64,000 nucleotides of DNA, taken from the IMG/VR virus record IMGVR_UViG_3300021093_003813, positions 36,968 to 100,967 of that record. One strand, given 5' to 3'. Under the pieces are notes generated by a model. The model ran no database searches and had not been told where the DNA came from. It was given only the letters and a program-made list of their open reading frames with translations. The translations under genes and the position numbers were made by a program. This DNA comes from a virus. Below, piece after piece: positions 18,625 to 27,393 of this stretch (positions are counted from its first letter, which is position 1; each line of letters begins with the position of its first letter).

Positions 18625-21153
18625 TTATGCGAGGGCTATAAACTTGTTGAATTCCTTCTGACGGTCTGCCAATCCATTGTACCCACCGTTCACAACTTTA
18701 GTTACAGGAGAGACAGCTTCCAGACCTCCGTCTGCCTTGGAGTTAAGATTTCTGGTGCTCCAGAACCAGGCAGCTGACAACAAAGGATATTTGGTGGCTA
18801 CCAGGTCAGGGTTGGCCACCACATCGTCAGGAACAAACTTCCTGAATGCTATATAGTTGGATTTACCCGTCAATTGAATGTAACCACGACCACGATACTT
18901 GAATCCTTCACCTGAGGCTTCTGGGCCATTACCTATTCTATTAGCATAGGCGCGACTAGCAATTCTTTCAGGCTGTCTTTCATATTGTTTGGCTATCTCA
19001 TCAGTAGGGAAATATTTGCCAAAAACAGCTCTTAAACTTTTCCAGCTGTAGTTTAGATTTTCTTGCACCGCTTTGAAATGACCGGACTCATGTGAACATT
19101 GTGCCAGGAAGTGAGACAGACGTTGTGGTGTGTTGATTTTGAATTTACACACCACTTCAGGAATCTGTAGCCGCACTGTTTCTGGGATTTTGTTCTTCAA
19201 TTTTTCTATGTAAGTAGCCATTGCTGGTGATAGACAATCATCCGTAACTGTTGCAGCGGGGGCGGGTTCCTGACAGCTATCTGGAAGATGAACAAATTTC
19301 ATCTTTCTGCCGGGATTAGGATACTTCACAAAACATCCACATCCTGAGCGATCGAATCCAGCTCCCCCAGTGGTGTTTCCTTCAATAGTTTTTAATCGTT
19401 TGTCAGGAGCTGCATCTGGATAGATGCCAGCCACGATACCTATGTGATTGGCATGGTTGGGTCTGGCTGGATCACCATAATATAAAATAGCAGCTCCCAA
19501 CTTGGGTGTATTAGACAATAGACCTTTAGCCTCTCCCCATTCATGCCAACCACGGCAGGCAGCTGGATCTTTGGGAGGTGTTGGAGCACCTGCAGCTTTC
19601 CACCAATAGGTCACAGCTGAAGCACACCACTCAACACCTTTACCTGTGTTTTTCAATTGTTGTTGATGGAATGCATAAGATGTGGTGCTCTTCACCATTT
19701 CATCTATGATGCCTAACTGCCCGGCGGGTAGTTCACCGCCACCTACCTTACCACCTGTGTTTTTTGCTGCTCCTGCACCAGTACCTGTTTCCAACATACC
19801 AACGTGTTTCATGGCTTCTTCAATAACTTGCTTGGCAAGCTCACATGTGGCTTGTTGTGGTTCAGGATTGGATGCAGGGGCAGAAATGACTTCTGCCACA
19901 TCTCCTTCAGATTGTTTCAATGATGCATATTCTTGGGACATTGGGTCATCTAAAGCTCTGGCTTCCAATGCTTCAGCAAAATAAGCAGCACGTTGTTCAG
20001 GTGTCAGTGTGAATCCAGGAGGTGTGATTTCTGGTTCTTCCGGTGTTTTTTCCTCAACTGCGTCAGCAGGTGTGGCTGCGGTGTAAGGAACAGGTGTTGG
20101 AGGAGAAACTGACAAGGCTCCTTTGAATGTACCTTGAATGATGTTTCCTGATGTGATGGGACTGGTGAGAGAAGTTTTTGTGGCAGCTTCCAATTTCAAA
20201 TTGGATCCTGAATTTATGCTAATGTCAGAAGAAGAAACCACATCAATAGATCCCTTGGTATCAACATTGACATCTTTGCCTGCAATCATATCAATTTTTC
20301 CTGCCACATTCAATTCATAATCACCGTGTACTTGTGTTTTTAGGTTTCCATCCACCTGCAAATTGCAATTGTTTTTCACATAAATGTTGCAACTACCTTC
20401 CACAGTGATATTGGCTTTACCTTTGATATTAACAAAACCATTACAATCAATGATGTGATAATCATCACCGACAATATGACGAATCATAGTACCGGCTCCA
20501 TCCACTTCTACATAAGTTCCTTTGGTGTGATAGATGTGTAATCTTTCAGCACCAGGACTATCATCCAGTTCAATAACATGACCGCTTTCTGTTTGTGTTA
20601 CATGATTGTAAGGATATTTCGGGCCGTAAGGAATTTCTGGTTGTTCCCAGGTACCACCGTTATTGGCAACATCCACTAAAGTGACACGTGCCTCCTTCTT
20701 TTTTTCAACAATGGTTTCTTGTACTTTTTGATTTCTGGCTAAACGATTGGTGTCAGGTTCATTGATGTATTCAGGGAGTGGATATTTGTTGGTGGGATCT
20801 TGGAATCCATAATTACTGGTGTTTTTCAACTTGTCATAGTAGGAACGAGCCATGACACCACCAATGGTTCCCATTATCAAAGGTTCTTGACAATCTTCAC
20901 CATCTCGGAAGAATCCCACAACCCAAGTGCCTTCCACTGGACCTATAGGTGTGGTTCCAATACCTGACATGGCAGCAGAGGTGATGGGTTGCATGGGATA
21001 TGCCCATGGCAAACTATAAGTGGGTAGTTCTACTTTGTCTGCGGTGTGATAACCAACACAGCGAACTTTACATCTACCTAAAAAAAGTGGGTCATTTCTA
21101 TCTTCAACAACACCCACCCACCAGAAAAATCCATTGCCGTAAATGTTTTCCAT
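18625..21153 (-). CDS. gp5: baseplate hub/central spike gp5 with C-terminal CHAP and GH19 muralytic domains
   Basis: WWVGVVEDRNDP...GRCKVR, GTWVVGFFRDG (OB fold); YPYNHV.QTESGH..ELDD and beta-helix repeats; WCAS...HIGIV...TIEGNT (CHAP); HFLAQCSHESG...YRGRGYIQLTG (GH19). Confidence 0.9.
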   Translation of the reverse strand: MENIYGNGFFWWVGVVEDRNDPLFLGRCKVRCVGYHTADKVELPTYSLPWAYPMQPITSAAMSGIGTTPIGPVEGTWVVGFFRDGEDCQEPLIMGTIGGVMARSYYDKLKNTSNYGFQDPTNKYPLPEYINEPDTNRLARNQKVQETIVEKKKEARVTLVDVANNGGTWEQPEIPYGPKYPYNHVTQTESGHVIELDDSPGAERLHIYHTKGTYVEVDGAGTMIRHIVGDDYHIIDCNGFVNIKGKANITVEGSCNIYVKNNCNLQVDGNLKTQVHGDYELNVAGKIDMIAGKDVNVDTKGSIDVVSSSDISINSGSNLKLEAATKTSLTSPITSGNIIQGTFKGALSVSPPTPVPYTAATPADAVEEKTPEEPEITPPGFTLTPEQRAAYFAEALEARALDDPMSQEYASLKQSEGDVAEVISAPASNPEPQQATCELAKQVIEEAMKHVGMLETGTGAGAAKNTGGKVGGGELPAGQLGIIDEMVKSTTSYAFHQQQLKNTGKGVEWCASAVTYWWKAAGAPTPPKDPAACRGWHEWGEAKGLLSNTPKLGAAILYYGDPARPNHANHIGIVAGIYPDAAPDKRLKTIEGNTTGGAGFDRSGCGCFVKYPNPGRKMKFVHLPDSCQEPAPAATVTDDCLSPAMATYIEKLKNKIPETVRLQIPEVVCKFKINTPQRLSHFLAQCSHESGHFKAVQENLNYSWKSLRAVFGKYFPTDEIAKQYERQPERIASRAYANRIGNGPEASGEGFKYRGRGYIQLTGKSNYIAFRKFVPDDVVANPDLVATKYPLLSAAWFWSTRNLNSKADGGLEAVSPVTKVVNGGYNGLADRQKEFNKFIALA

Positions 21154-21154
21154 A

Positions 21155-22411
21155 TTATGGTAGTTCCTTTTGATATGAATCTTTCATGACTTCCATGTAC
21201 ATTGTATGCTTTTTAGCCACAATGCTATGCCGAATAGCTGTCACCAGATAGTTTCCTGAAAGATATTGGTCTATTAAATCTCTACCAGTTGCTTGATTTA
21301 AATCACGTTCTGTTGATTTCGGAATGTTCAGAACAACTACTTTTCCCACTTCCATGTCTGTTCTTCCTAGGACTTCAACCATCAAATGAAAGTTACTGGC
21401 TTCATACATCAAACTGTTTCTTTGTGCTGCCCATTTTTCAAACAATGGATCCTTGGTTTCTTCAAACATGCTGTATTGTTTGGTTCTTACACGACGAAAC
21501 ATATCTGGTTTTCTTGGTATTGTTTGAGGAAATGTTTGAGATTTTCCTGTATCATGCAAATTCAACACTTTGTTATGATATTCAAACTGATTATGAAAAT
21601 TTTCATAATATTGTTTCAACGTGATGTCATGAGTTATCAAATTGCTAGCATAGTATCCAAAATCTTGAGCTTGAAACACGTCAAAAAATGTGGAAGGACT
21701 GATGTTCAAAATTCTTCTGAATTGAACACTAACATTCAATGCTTCTTCTGTGGCCGCAGTGGCACTGTATTGAAATGTGTCATATGGATTGCTTACACCC
21801 TGGCGAATCAAGTGTTCAATGCTAGTCAAATAGAAATTTTTGTTGCCTTCAAAGAACACCACATTAGGAGCATTTTTGTAACTTCTGGTGACTATCCAGT
21901 TGATTAATTTCAATGGTGACCAGTAAGGTGACACCACAGTAGTGCTGGACAGATGTTCCTCTAGAATTTTTAATTCTTTTTTATCTTTCAGGTATTTGTT
22001 AAACACAGCCTGAATGATTTCATGAGTTTTTCCAGAAAACTGTTTACTGATACGTGTGATGTTGTCTGTTAATGCTTCCAATGAAATCAAACTGATGCTG
22101 TATATTTGTTGTGTGTTGTCTATAATACGTTCTTCCACACCATTCACATAGAACTGCTTTTTAAACACACTTTCTCGAAATTGCGGTGTTCGAAATTGTA
22201 TTGTGACTTGTTCAATACCTGCCAAGGGCAATTGTGTGATGAAGCTGGCAGAGTCTTTAACCACGATGTATCCAGTCATCACACTGGAAAAAATGTCCTC
22301 GTAGATGGATGTTTCCAACACCAGGTTACGAATGTCAAATTTTTTACCGCCCGCAGTTACAGATATTTCTTCAATTTTGATATCACCTGCTTCTAGAATT
22401 GCATCCGGCAT
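21155..22411 (-). CDS. baseplate hub/tail protein (gp27-like)
   Basis: IYEDIFS..MTG, FFE....F...S, GKVV.L.IP, SG.YLVTAIRH motifs; located between gp53 and gp5. Confidence 0.75.
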   Translation of the reverse strand: MPDAILEAGDIKIEEISVTAGGKKFDIRNLVLETSIYEDIFSSVMTGYIVVKDSASFITQLPLAGIEQVTIQFRTPQFRESVFKKQFYVNGVEERIIDNTQQIYSISLISLEALTDNITRISKQFSGKTHEIIQAVFNKYLKDKKELKILEEHLSSTTVVSPYWSPLKLINWIVTRSYKNAPNVVFFEGNKNFYLTSIEHLIRQGVSNPYDTFQYSATAATEEALNVSVQFRRILNISPSTFFDVFQAQDFGYYASNLITHDITLKQYYENFHNQFEYHNKVLNLHDTGKSQTFPQTIPRKPDMFRRVRTKQYSMFEETKDPLFEKWAAQRNSLMYEASNFHLMVEVLGRTDMEVGKVVVLNIPKSTERDLNQATGRDLIDQYLSGNYLVTAIRHSIVAKKHTMYMEVMKDSYQKELP

Positions 22412-23115
22412 TATCCATCACCATTAATTAAATCAGTGAATTGTTGTACCACAGCTTCTACATACAGGCTGCTCAACACTTTGATGGGTCTTTTGGCATC
22501 ATTCACATCCACTTCATGTTGATAGTTTGTGACAGGATTGGTGGAGGCAGAATATCCTTCATCCACAATGTATCCTATTTCTGTATCATAATAATGATGC
22601 ACATCTTCTTCTGGATCCGTTACAGAACTGATAGGCAAATCTTCTGTTTCTTGCGTGATGTTGTTCAACACATTGTCTGTTGTTAGAATAATTTTTCCCA
22701 CCTGAGAACGCATGTGTACAACATCATCTACAATTTTAGTTACCAGAAACTTTCCATCATTGTCTGAGGTGATGACATCATCAGCAGCATATTCTGATGA
22801 ATCCGGCACTTCAATTTTGAAATCATACTTCAGATACACCAAGTCTGTAACTTGTGCATCTGGGATAGGCCATTCTTCTCTGGGATTGGTGATGTCATTC
22901 ACCAGCAACACCAACCAGTGATACATTGGTTTTCCGTAGAACAAATTGCTCACCATTTCAGGTGTTTCACCATCTTTCACTAGATGTTGATCCATGAACA
23001 CTGTGTTTTCACGAAATTTTTCTGACAAGGAAACTCGACGAAGAAAATCCGTGATGATGATGGGTTTGTTGTTGCTTTGAACCAGTACTGCAGGAAATCG
23101 TGAAAAGTAGTCCAT
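22411..23115 (-). CDS. gp53: baseplate wedge subunit gp53
   Basis: YFSRFP, DGETPE..S..FYG...YHWLVLL.N.I..P..EWP, TNY..E...ND.KR.I motifs. Confidence 0.9.
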   Translation of the reverse strand: MDYFSRFPAVLVQSNNKPIIITDFLRRVSLSEKFRENTVFMDQHLVKDGETPEMVSNLFYGKPMYHWLVLLVNDITNPREEWPIPDAQVTDLVYLKYDFKIEVPDSSEYAADDVITSDNDGKFLVTKIVDDVVHMRSQVGKIILTTDNVLNNITQETEDLPISSVTDPEEDVHHYYDTEIGYIVDEGYSASTNPVTNYQHEVDVNDAKRPIKVLSSLYVEAVVQQFTDLINGDG

Positions 23116-23117
23116 GA

Positions 23118-24329
23118 TTAGAACCCAGCAGTAGCAATGCGGTCGCGAAACAACAATTCCAATTCCAAAAAAGTCAATGATAGAGAAATTTCTGAAGGAG
23201 CACCACCAGTACCACGTACAGATATGAAATCACTGCCACCATATTCCACTTTCATGTTGGTGAGTGCACAGCTACTGGTTCTAAACAAATTGGTGTTTCT
23301 TCCTTCATCTTTGAAGTGATATTCAATCTGAAATTCAGCAGGATAGGACACGAAAAATTTTTCGTCACCTAGTGTAGGATGCATATAGTATTTGAATAAA
23401 TCAATGATATCCAACACTTGATTCATTTCATAATCATTTTTTGGAATGAATGTGTAATCAAAATTGAAGGTACGAAAATTCATGGTCTTGAACAACTGTG
23501 ATTTGAAAGGATTTACAGCAGTTCCAGAAAATGCACTGGCTGCAGAAGCAATACTACCCATGCCACCCAATCCCATTTCATTCATGGCACTGTCAGCATT
23601 TTGCAATGCAATAGCTGCACCTGCGCCACCTGCGGTTTTGATAGCGTCCAAAGCAGCTGAGGCACGGCCGGCCATACCGTCACCGTTACCAGTCATTATA
23701 CCTCTTATTGCACCAGCAGCTTCACTTGCCATGCCTCCTAAAGCTCCTAAATCTTCATCTGCCCACGTGGCATTGTATTCAGTTCTGGGTTTGTTGTTCA
23801 TGTACAATGCCACAACGTATTTCAAAAATTTTGCATCTCTGGCAGAACCACCTTCAGCTGTGGCTACTGTGGCGGCGAGGGTACCACCGGCTACACCACC
23901 TGCTACAGTAGCTCCAGTTGTGGCAACGTTGGCTAAATTTTGTTTCGTGGTGTCAATAACCCTAACACCTGTTTTTTGATTCAACCCAAAGAAACTAGTA
24001 GTTCTTCTGGCAACTCCTCTAGCCACACTGGCACCACCTACAGCACCTGCAGCTCCTGACACAGCTGCGGCCGCAACTGGACCCACTTGTGTTTCTGGAC
24101 GAAATTGTGAGCTGGGTTCCACAAGATTTAATGCTTTCACAGCCTTGTCACTTGCCAATTGTTCCTTGGGAGTGACACCAGAACGTTCTGAGATGTAGAA
24201 CATCATGTAATGCGGCGTGGTTTCACTGCCCACATCCTGAGGATATCTGTACACTGTCAGTTCATTGGCTTCTAAACCTGTAATGGCATTGCCAGGTGTC
24301 AGGGTGTTTGCACTTCGATATTTGGCCAT
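23118..24329 (-). CDS. gp48: baseplate tail-tube cap gp48
   Basis: YRYP.D start; NP....LF....FRTF.F...F.PK, YP..F.I.Y, CALT.M.V.Y, LSL.F.ELE motifs. Confidence 0.85.
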   Translation of the reverse strand: MAKYRSANTLTPGNAITGLEANELTVYRYPQDVGSETTPHYMMFYISERSGVTPKEQLASDKAVKALNLVEPSSQFRPETQVGPVAAAAVSGAAGAVGGASVARGVARRTTSFFGLNQKTGVRVIDTTKQNLANVATTGATVAGGVAGGTLAATVATAEGGSARDAKFLKYVVALYMNNKPRTEYNATWADEDLGALGGMASEAAGAIRGIMTGNGDGMAGRASAALDAIKTAGGAGAAIALQNADSAMNEMGLGGMGSIASAASAFSGTAVNPFKSQLFKTMNFRTFNFDYTFIPKNDYEMNQVLDIIDLFKYYMHPTLGDEKFFVSYPAEFQIEYHFKDEGRNTNLFRTSSCALTNMKVEYGGSDFISVRGTGGAPSEISLSLTFLELELLFRDRIATAGF

Positions 24330-24334
24330 AAATA
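24327..24334 (+). promoter_or_regulatory. near-consensus late promoter CATAAATA for gp4
   Basis: One mismatch to TATAAATA; about 30 nt upstream of the gp4 ATG; overlaps the gp48 start codon on the opposite strand. Confidence 0.5.
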
Positions 24335-24358
24335 GTTTCCTTGGGAATACTTTACAGA

Positions 24359-24366
24359 TATTTATA
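24359..24366 (-). promoter_or_regulatory. T4-type late promoter TATAAATA for the gp48 operon
   Basis: Exact octamer 30 nt upstream of the gp48 ATG. Confidence 0.8.
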
Positions 24367-24824
24367 TGGCTTATACCAAAGACACATACAAAGGAAGATT
24401 CATCCCGAACAACCCCAAGAAATATGTCGGGGATGTCATGGAAATCATCTATCGCAGCAGTTATGAATTGAAATTCATGAAATGGTGTGACAACAATGAT
24501 GCTGTGTTACGATGGGCCAGTGAAGAAATTGTCATTCCCTATGTCAGTCCAGCAGATGGATTGGTTCACAGATACTATGTGGACTTTTACATAGAAGTTC
24601 AGGACAAAACTGGCAAACGAAAAAAATATCTGGTGGAAGTGAAGCCCTACCGTTTCACTGTACCACCCAACATTCCACAAAGAAAAACCCAACGCTTCAT
24701 CTCGGAAGTGAAGCAGTGGGGAGTGAATAATGCCAAATGGACAGCAGCACGGCGTTTTGCTTCTCAGAACGGATGGGAGTTTATGCTGATTACAGAGAAG
24801 GATTTAGGGACTACTTATAAATAG
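24366..24824 (+). CDS. gp4: head completion nuclease gp4 (TnsA-like PD-(D/E)XK)
   Basis: YKGRF.P.NP.KY.GD...I.YRSS.E..FM.WCD, W.SEE..IPY, HRYYVDF, EVKP, N.AKW.AA motifs. Confidence 0.95.
   Translation: MAYTKDTYKGRFIPNNPKKYVGDVMEIIYRSSYELKFMKWCDNNDAVLRWASEEIVIPYVSPADGLVHRYYVDFYIEVQDKTGKRKKYLVEVKPYRFTVPPNIPQRKTQRFISEVKQWGVNNAKWTAARRFASQNGWEFMLITEKDLGTTYK
24816..24823 (+). promoter_or_regulatory. T4-type late promoter TATAAATA for gp2 through the tape measure
   Basis: Exact octamer at the end of gp4. Confidence 0.75.
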
Positions 24825-24904
24825 TAAGTAGTTTTTAACTTCATACCGGACATAGTGAATTTATCACCTTGTCAAGTAGTAGTCAAGCCCTGAATTTCAC
24901 CATA

Positions 24905-25477
24905 ATGCTAAACAAATCCATTCAACAACTGCGAGACCGAGAAACACCCACTAGCACGTTCCGGTGGTACCAGGACATGATTCGAAAGTTGGGTATGACC
25001 AATATCCAACCACAAAAAGTATTGAAAAGTGACATCGGTGAATTTGTCAACACCATCATCACTGGTCAAATGTATTTGTTCATGTACGATCCCAAGATGT
25101 CTGCCAAACTACCATACTATGACACACTACCTGTAGTCGTGGTGTTCAGAAAAGTACCTGAAGGATTTTTTGGATTGAACATGCATTATCTTCCACCATT
25201 GTTTCGAATGAAGTTGTTGGACAGAATGTTGGAACTGGTAAATGATGAAACCATGGGTGAAGATACCAGAATGATGGTGACTTGGAAGTTGTTGAGTAAT
25301 TTCACACGATATCCAGGTGCCAATGTGGCAGTGAAACGGTACTTGTATGAACAACTGGGTTCCAGATTTATGAAAATCTATCCTAAAGATTGGAGAAAAA
25401 CCATCATGTTACCCATTGACAATTTCGAAAAAGCCTCACGTAATCAAGTGTTCAACGACGCACGGAGCAAAATTTAA
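24905..25477 (+). CDS. gp2: DNA end protector protein gp2
   Basis: G.MY.F.YDPK...LPYYD..P, F.GLN.HYLP...R, KRYL motifs; ATG 24905 preferred to TTG 24869. Confidence 0.9.
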   Translation: MLNKSIQQLRDRETPTSTFRWYQDMIRKLGMTNIQPQKVLKSDIGEFVNTIITGQMYLFMYDPKMSAKLPYYDTLPVVVVFRKVPEGFFGLNMHYLPPLFRMKLLDRMLELVNDETMGEDTRMMVTWKLLSNFTRYPGANVAVKRYLYEQLGSRFMKIYPKDWRKTIMLPIDNFEKASRNQVFNDARSKI

Positions 25478-26514
25478 TGAGTCTTAACGCGATAGGAAAT
25501 GTTATCAAGAATACAGCTAAAGGTTTAGTAAATCTTACCAAACCTGTGAAACCAGAAGGAGATACAGGAACGGCTGCCCCTCAGGTGAAACAAATTGAAA
25601 GTGTGAAGATTCCTTCACTTCTACAATTCATCGCATTCATCAAACAAAACAATTTGGCTCGTTCTGAAAGATTTTTCGTGGATTTTCCAGGTGTGAGCCA
25701 AGGTGAAACACTCACATTGTTGTGTCATCAAGCTTCTTTGCCTGGTAGAAACATCGCTACTAGAGCACTCAGAATCAATGGATTGGACAGACAATTTGCG
25801 CACACAGCAGATTATGGTCAAGAAATGACATTGGAATTTCTCATGGACACAGACTACACACCGCGAGCTGTGATGGAAAACTGGATGAATGACTGTGTGT
25901 CAGCTTTTGAAAAGGATACTAGCAATGAAGTGGGATTCTACAACGATTACGTCAAAAACATAACTTTGAATGTGTTGATACCTGCAGGTATTCCAGGAGA
26001 AGCATTATTCAACTGGAGTCCAACACAAATGGATTTGGGGTTGCGTGATAAAGTCACCACCAGCAACAAAGGAACTAGTCTTGCGGTGGACAAATTGTTC
26101 ATGCGTGGTAAAAGAACTCTAGACAATAAATTCACTAAATTGAAGTCTCAGGCATTTGGTGCTGTTCGTAGTATAGCAGCTCCTATATTGGAACTGTTGA
26201 CAGATGCTGACCAGATTGTTTGTCAAGTCACATTGGTGGATGCCTGGCCCAAGAGTGTGGTCACGATGCCACTAGGATGGGATAATGTAGGTGTGCAACG
26301 GTTGAGCGTCACTTTCACATATCATCATTATGAATACGCCATTGCCAAGGTGGCATTGTCAGGTGAGGACACAGCAAACAACATTTCAAAGAACATGGCC
26401 AAGGGATTGCAGAAGTACACAGACAAAATACCCAAGACTGATTTGAGTAAGTTGGGTGTAGATTTGAAGGCAGGAGTAAAAAATAGTGCAACTAGATTAT
26501 TTGGACGTGGTTAA
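25477..26514 (+). CDS. gp54: baseplate tail-tube initiator gp54-like (gp19 fold)
   Basis: LAR..RF.V, C..ASLPG..I.T, ENWM, L.DAWPKSV...L.W, VTFTY motifs. Confidence 0.75.
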   Translation: MSLNAIGNVIKNTAKGLVNLTKPVKPEGDTGTAAPQVKQIESVKIPSLLQFIAFIKQNNLARSERFFVDFPGVSQGETLTLLCHQASLPGRNIATRALRINGLDRQFAHTADYGQEMTLEFLMDTDYTPRAVMENWMNDCVSAFEKDTSNEVGFYNDYVKNITLNVLIPAGIPGEALFNWSPTQMDLGLRDKVTTSNKGTSLAVDKLFMRGKRTLDNKFTKLKSQAFGAVRSIAAPILELLTDADQIVCQVTLVDAWPKSVVTMPLGWDNVGVQRLSVTFTYHHYEYAIAKVALSGEDTANNISKNMAKGLQKYTDKIPKTDLSKLGVDLKAGVKNSATRLFGRG

Positions 26515-26528
26515 CACAAGGAGATGAT

Positions 26529-27227
26529 ATGAGTATACCTAAGGTAAAAGTTCCGACATTCACAACCACTCTGCCAGTCACAGGAGAGAAAGTGAACTTC
26601 AGACCTTTTCTAGTGAAGGAAGAAAAAATATTATTGTTGGCAAGTGAAAGTGAAAACACCGAGGACGTGATACATGCACTGAAAGATGTGGTGTTGTCTT
26701 GTACCTATGATAAGGTGAATATACATGAATATTGTTTGGCAGACATGCAATGGTTGTTTTTACAAATTCGTGGTAAGTCTGTAGGTGAAGAAATAGATTT
26801 ATATTTGGTATGTGGAGAATGCCAAGCCAAACAACCCTACACATTGAATGTAGCAGATTTTGAGGTGGTGAATCCTGGATTGAGCAAAACTATAGCATTG
26901 GATGCGTCCACTAAAGTGGAGATGAGATATCCAACATTGGAACATTATGCTGCCTTGTTTGAGACAGATGCAGAAGAAACGTTGTATGCTGTGGTGGCAG
27001 ATTGCATCACCAAGGTGTACAATGAAGATGAAATGTTTGTGAATGATGGTAACAGTCAGGCAGAGTTATTGGAATTTATTGACAATCTGACACCTGAACA
27101 GTTTGCACCGTTTGAAGGATTTTACAAGAATATGCCTGTGTTGCGGAAACAAATTTCATTCACATGCAAGGCCTGTAACAAACACAACAACCTTGTGGTG
27201 GATGGAATCAATCATTTTTTCGGATAA
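26529..27227 (+). CDS. gp26: baseplate hub assembly protein gp26-like
   Basis: P.F...LP.TG..V.FRPFLVKEEKILL, FLQIR.KSVGE, MRYP, CxxC, G...FF terminus. Confidence 0.9.
   Translation: MSIPKVKVPTFTTTLPVTGEKVNFRPFLVKEEKILLLASESENTEDVIHALKDVVLSCTYDKVNIHEYCLADMQWLFLQIRGKSVGEEIDLYLVCGECQAKQPYTLNVADFEVVNPGLSKTIALDASTKVEMRYPTLEHYAALFETDAEETLYAVVADCITKVYNEDEMFVNDGNSQAELLEFIDNLTPEQFAPFEGFYKNMPVLRKQISFTCKACNKHNNLVVDGINHFFG
27215..27221 (+). other. putative -1 ribosomal frameshift heptamer T TTT TTC
   Basis: X XXY YYZ in the gp26 frame, one codon before its stop; the -1 frame continues into gp51-like sequence. Confidence 0.6.
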
Positions 27228-27388
27228 CTCTTTCTCATGACAATTTGGTGAATTTCTACAAGACCAATTTCTTGTTGATGCATATACACAAATATTCTTT
27301 GACAGAAATTGAAAACATGATGCCATGGGAAAGAGAGACTTACATAGGATTACTACTAAAATACTTGGAAAAGAAAAATAACGAGTAA
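27224..27388 (+). CDS. gp51: gp51-like baseplate hub assembly domain (no ATG/SD at its 5' end; -1 frame relative to gp26)
   Basis: Hand translation ITLSHDNLVNFYKTNFLLMHIHKYSLTEIENMMPWERETYIGLLLKYLEKKNNE; KYSLTEIENM.PWER.Y is the short gp51 signature of T4-like cyanophages; missing from the ORF track. Confidence 0.85.
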   Translation: MTLSHDNLVNFYKTNFLLMHIHKYSLTEIENMMPWERETYIGLLLKYLEKKNNE

Positions 27389-27393
27389 CTTAA

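Noticed and set aside
1630-23979. Many plus-strand ORFs of 60-170 aa opposite the structural genes
   Set aside because: Antisense shadows of strongly biased minus-strand codon usage; no SD or recognisable motifs
24366-24824. Tn7-like transposon (TnsA) or homing endonuclease
   Set aside because: Sequence and position beside gp2 and gp48 match head completion protein gp4; no transposon ends or other tns genes
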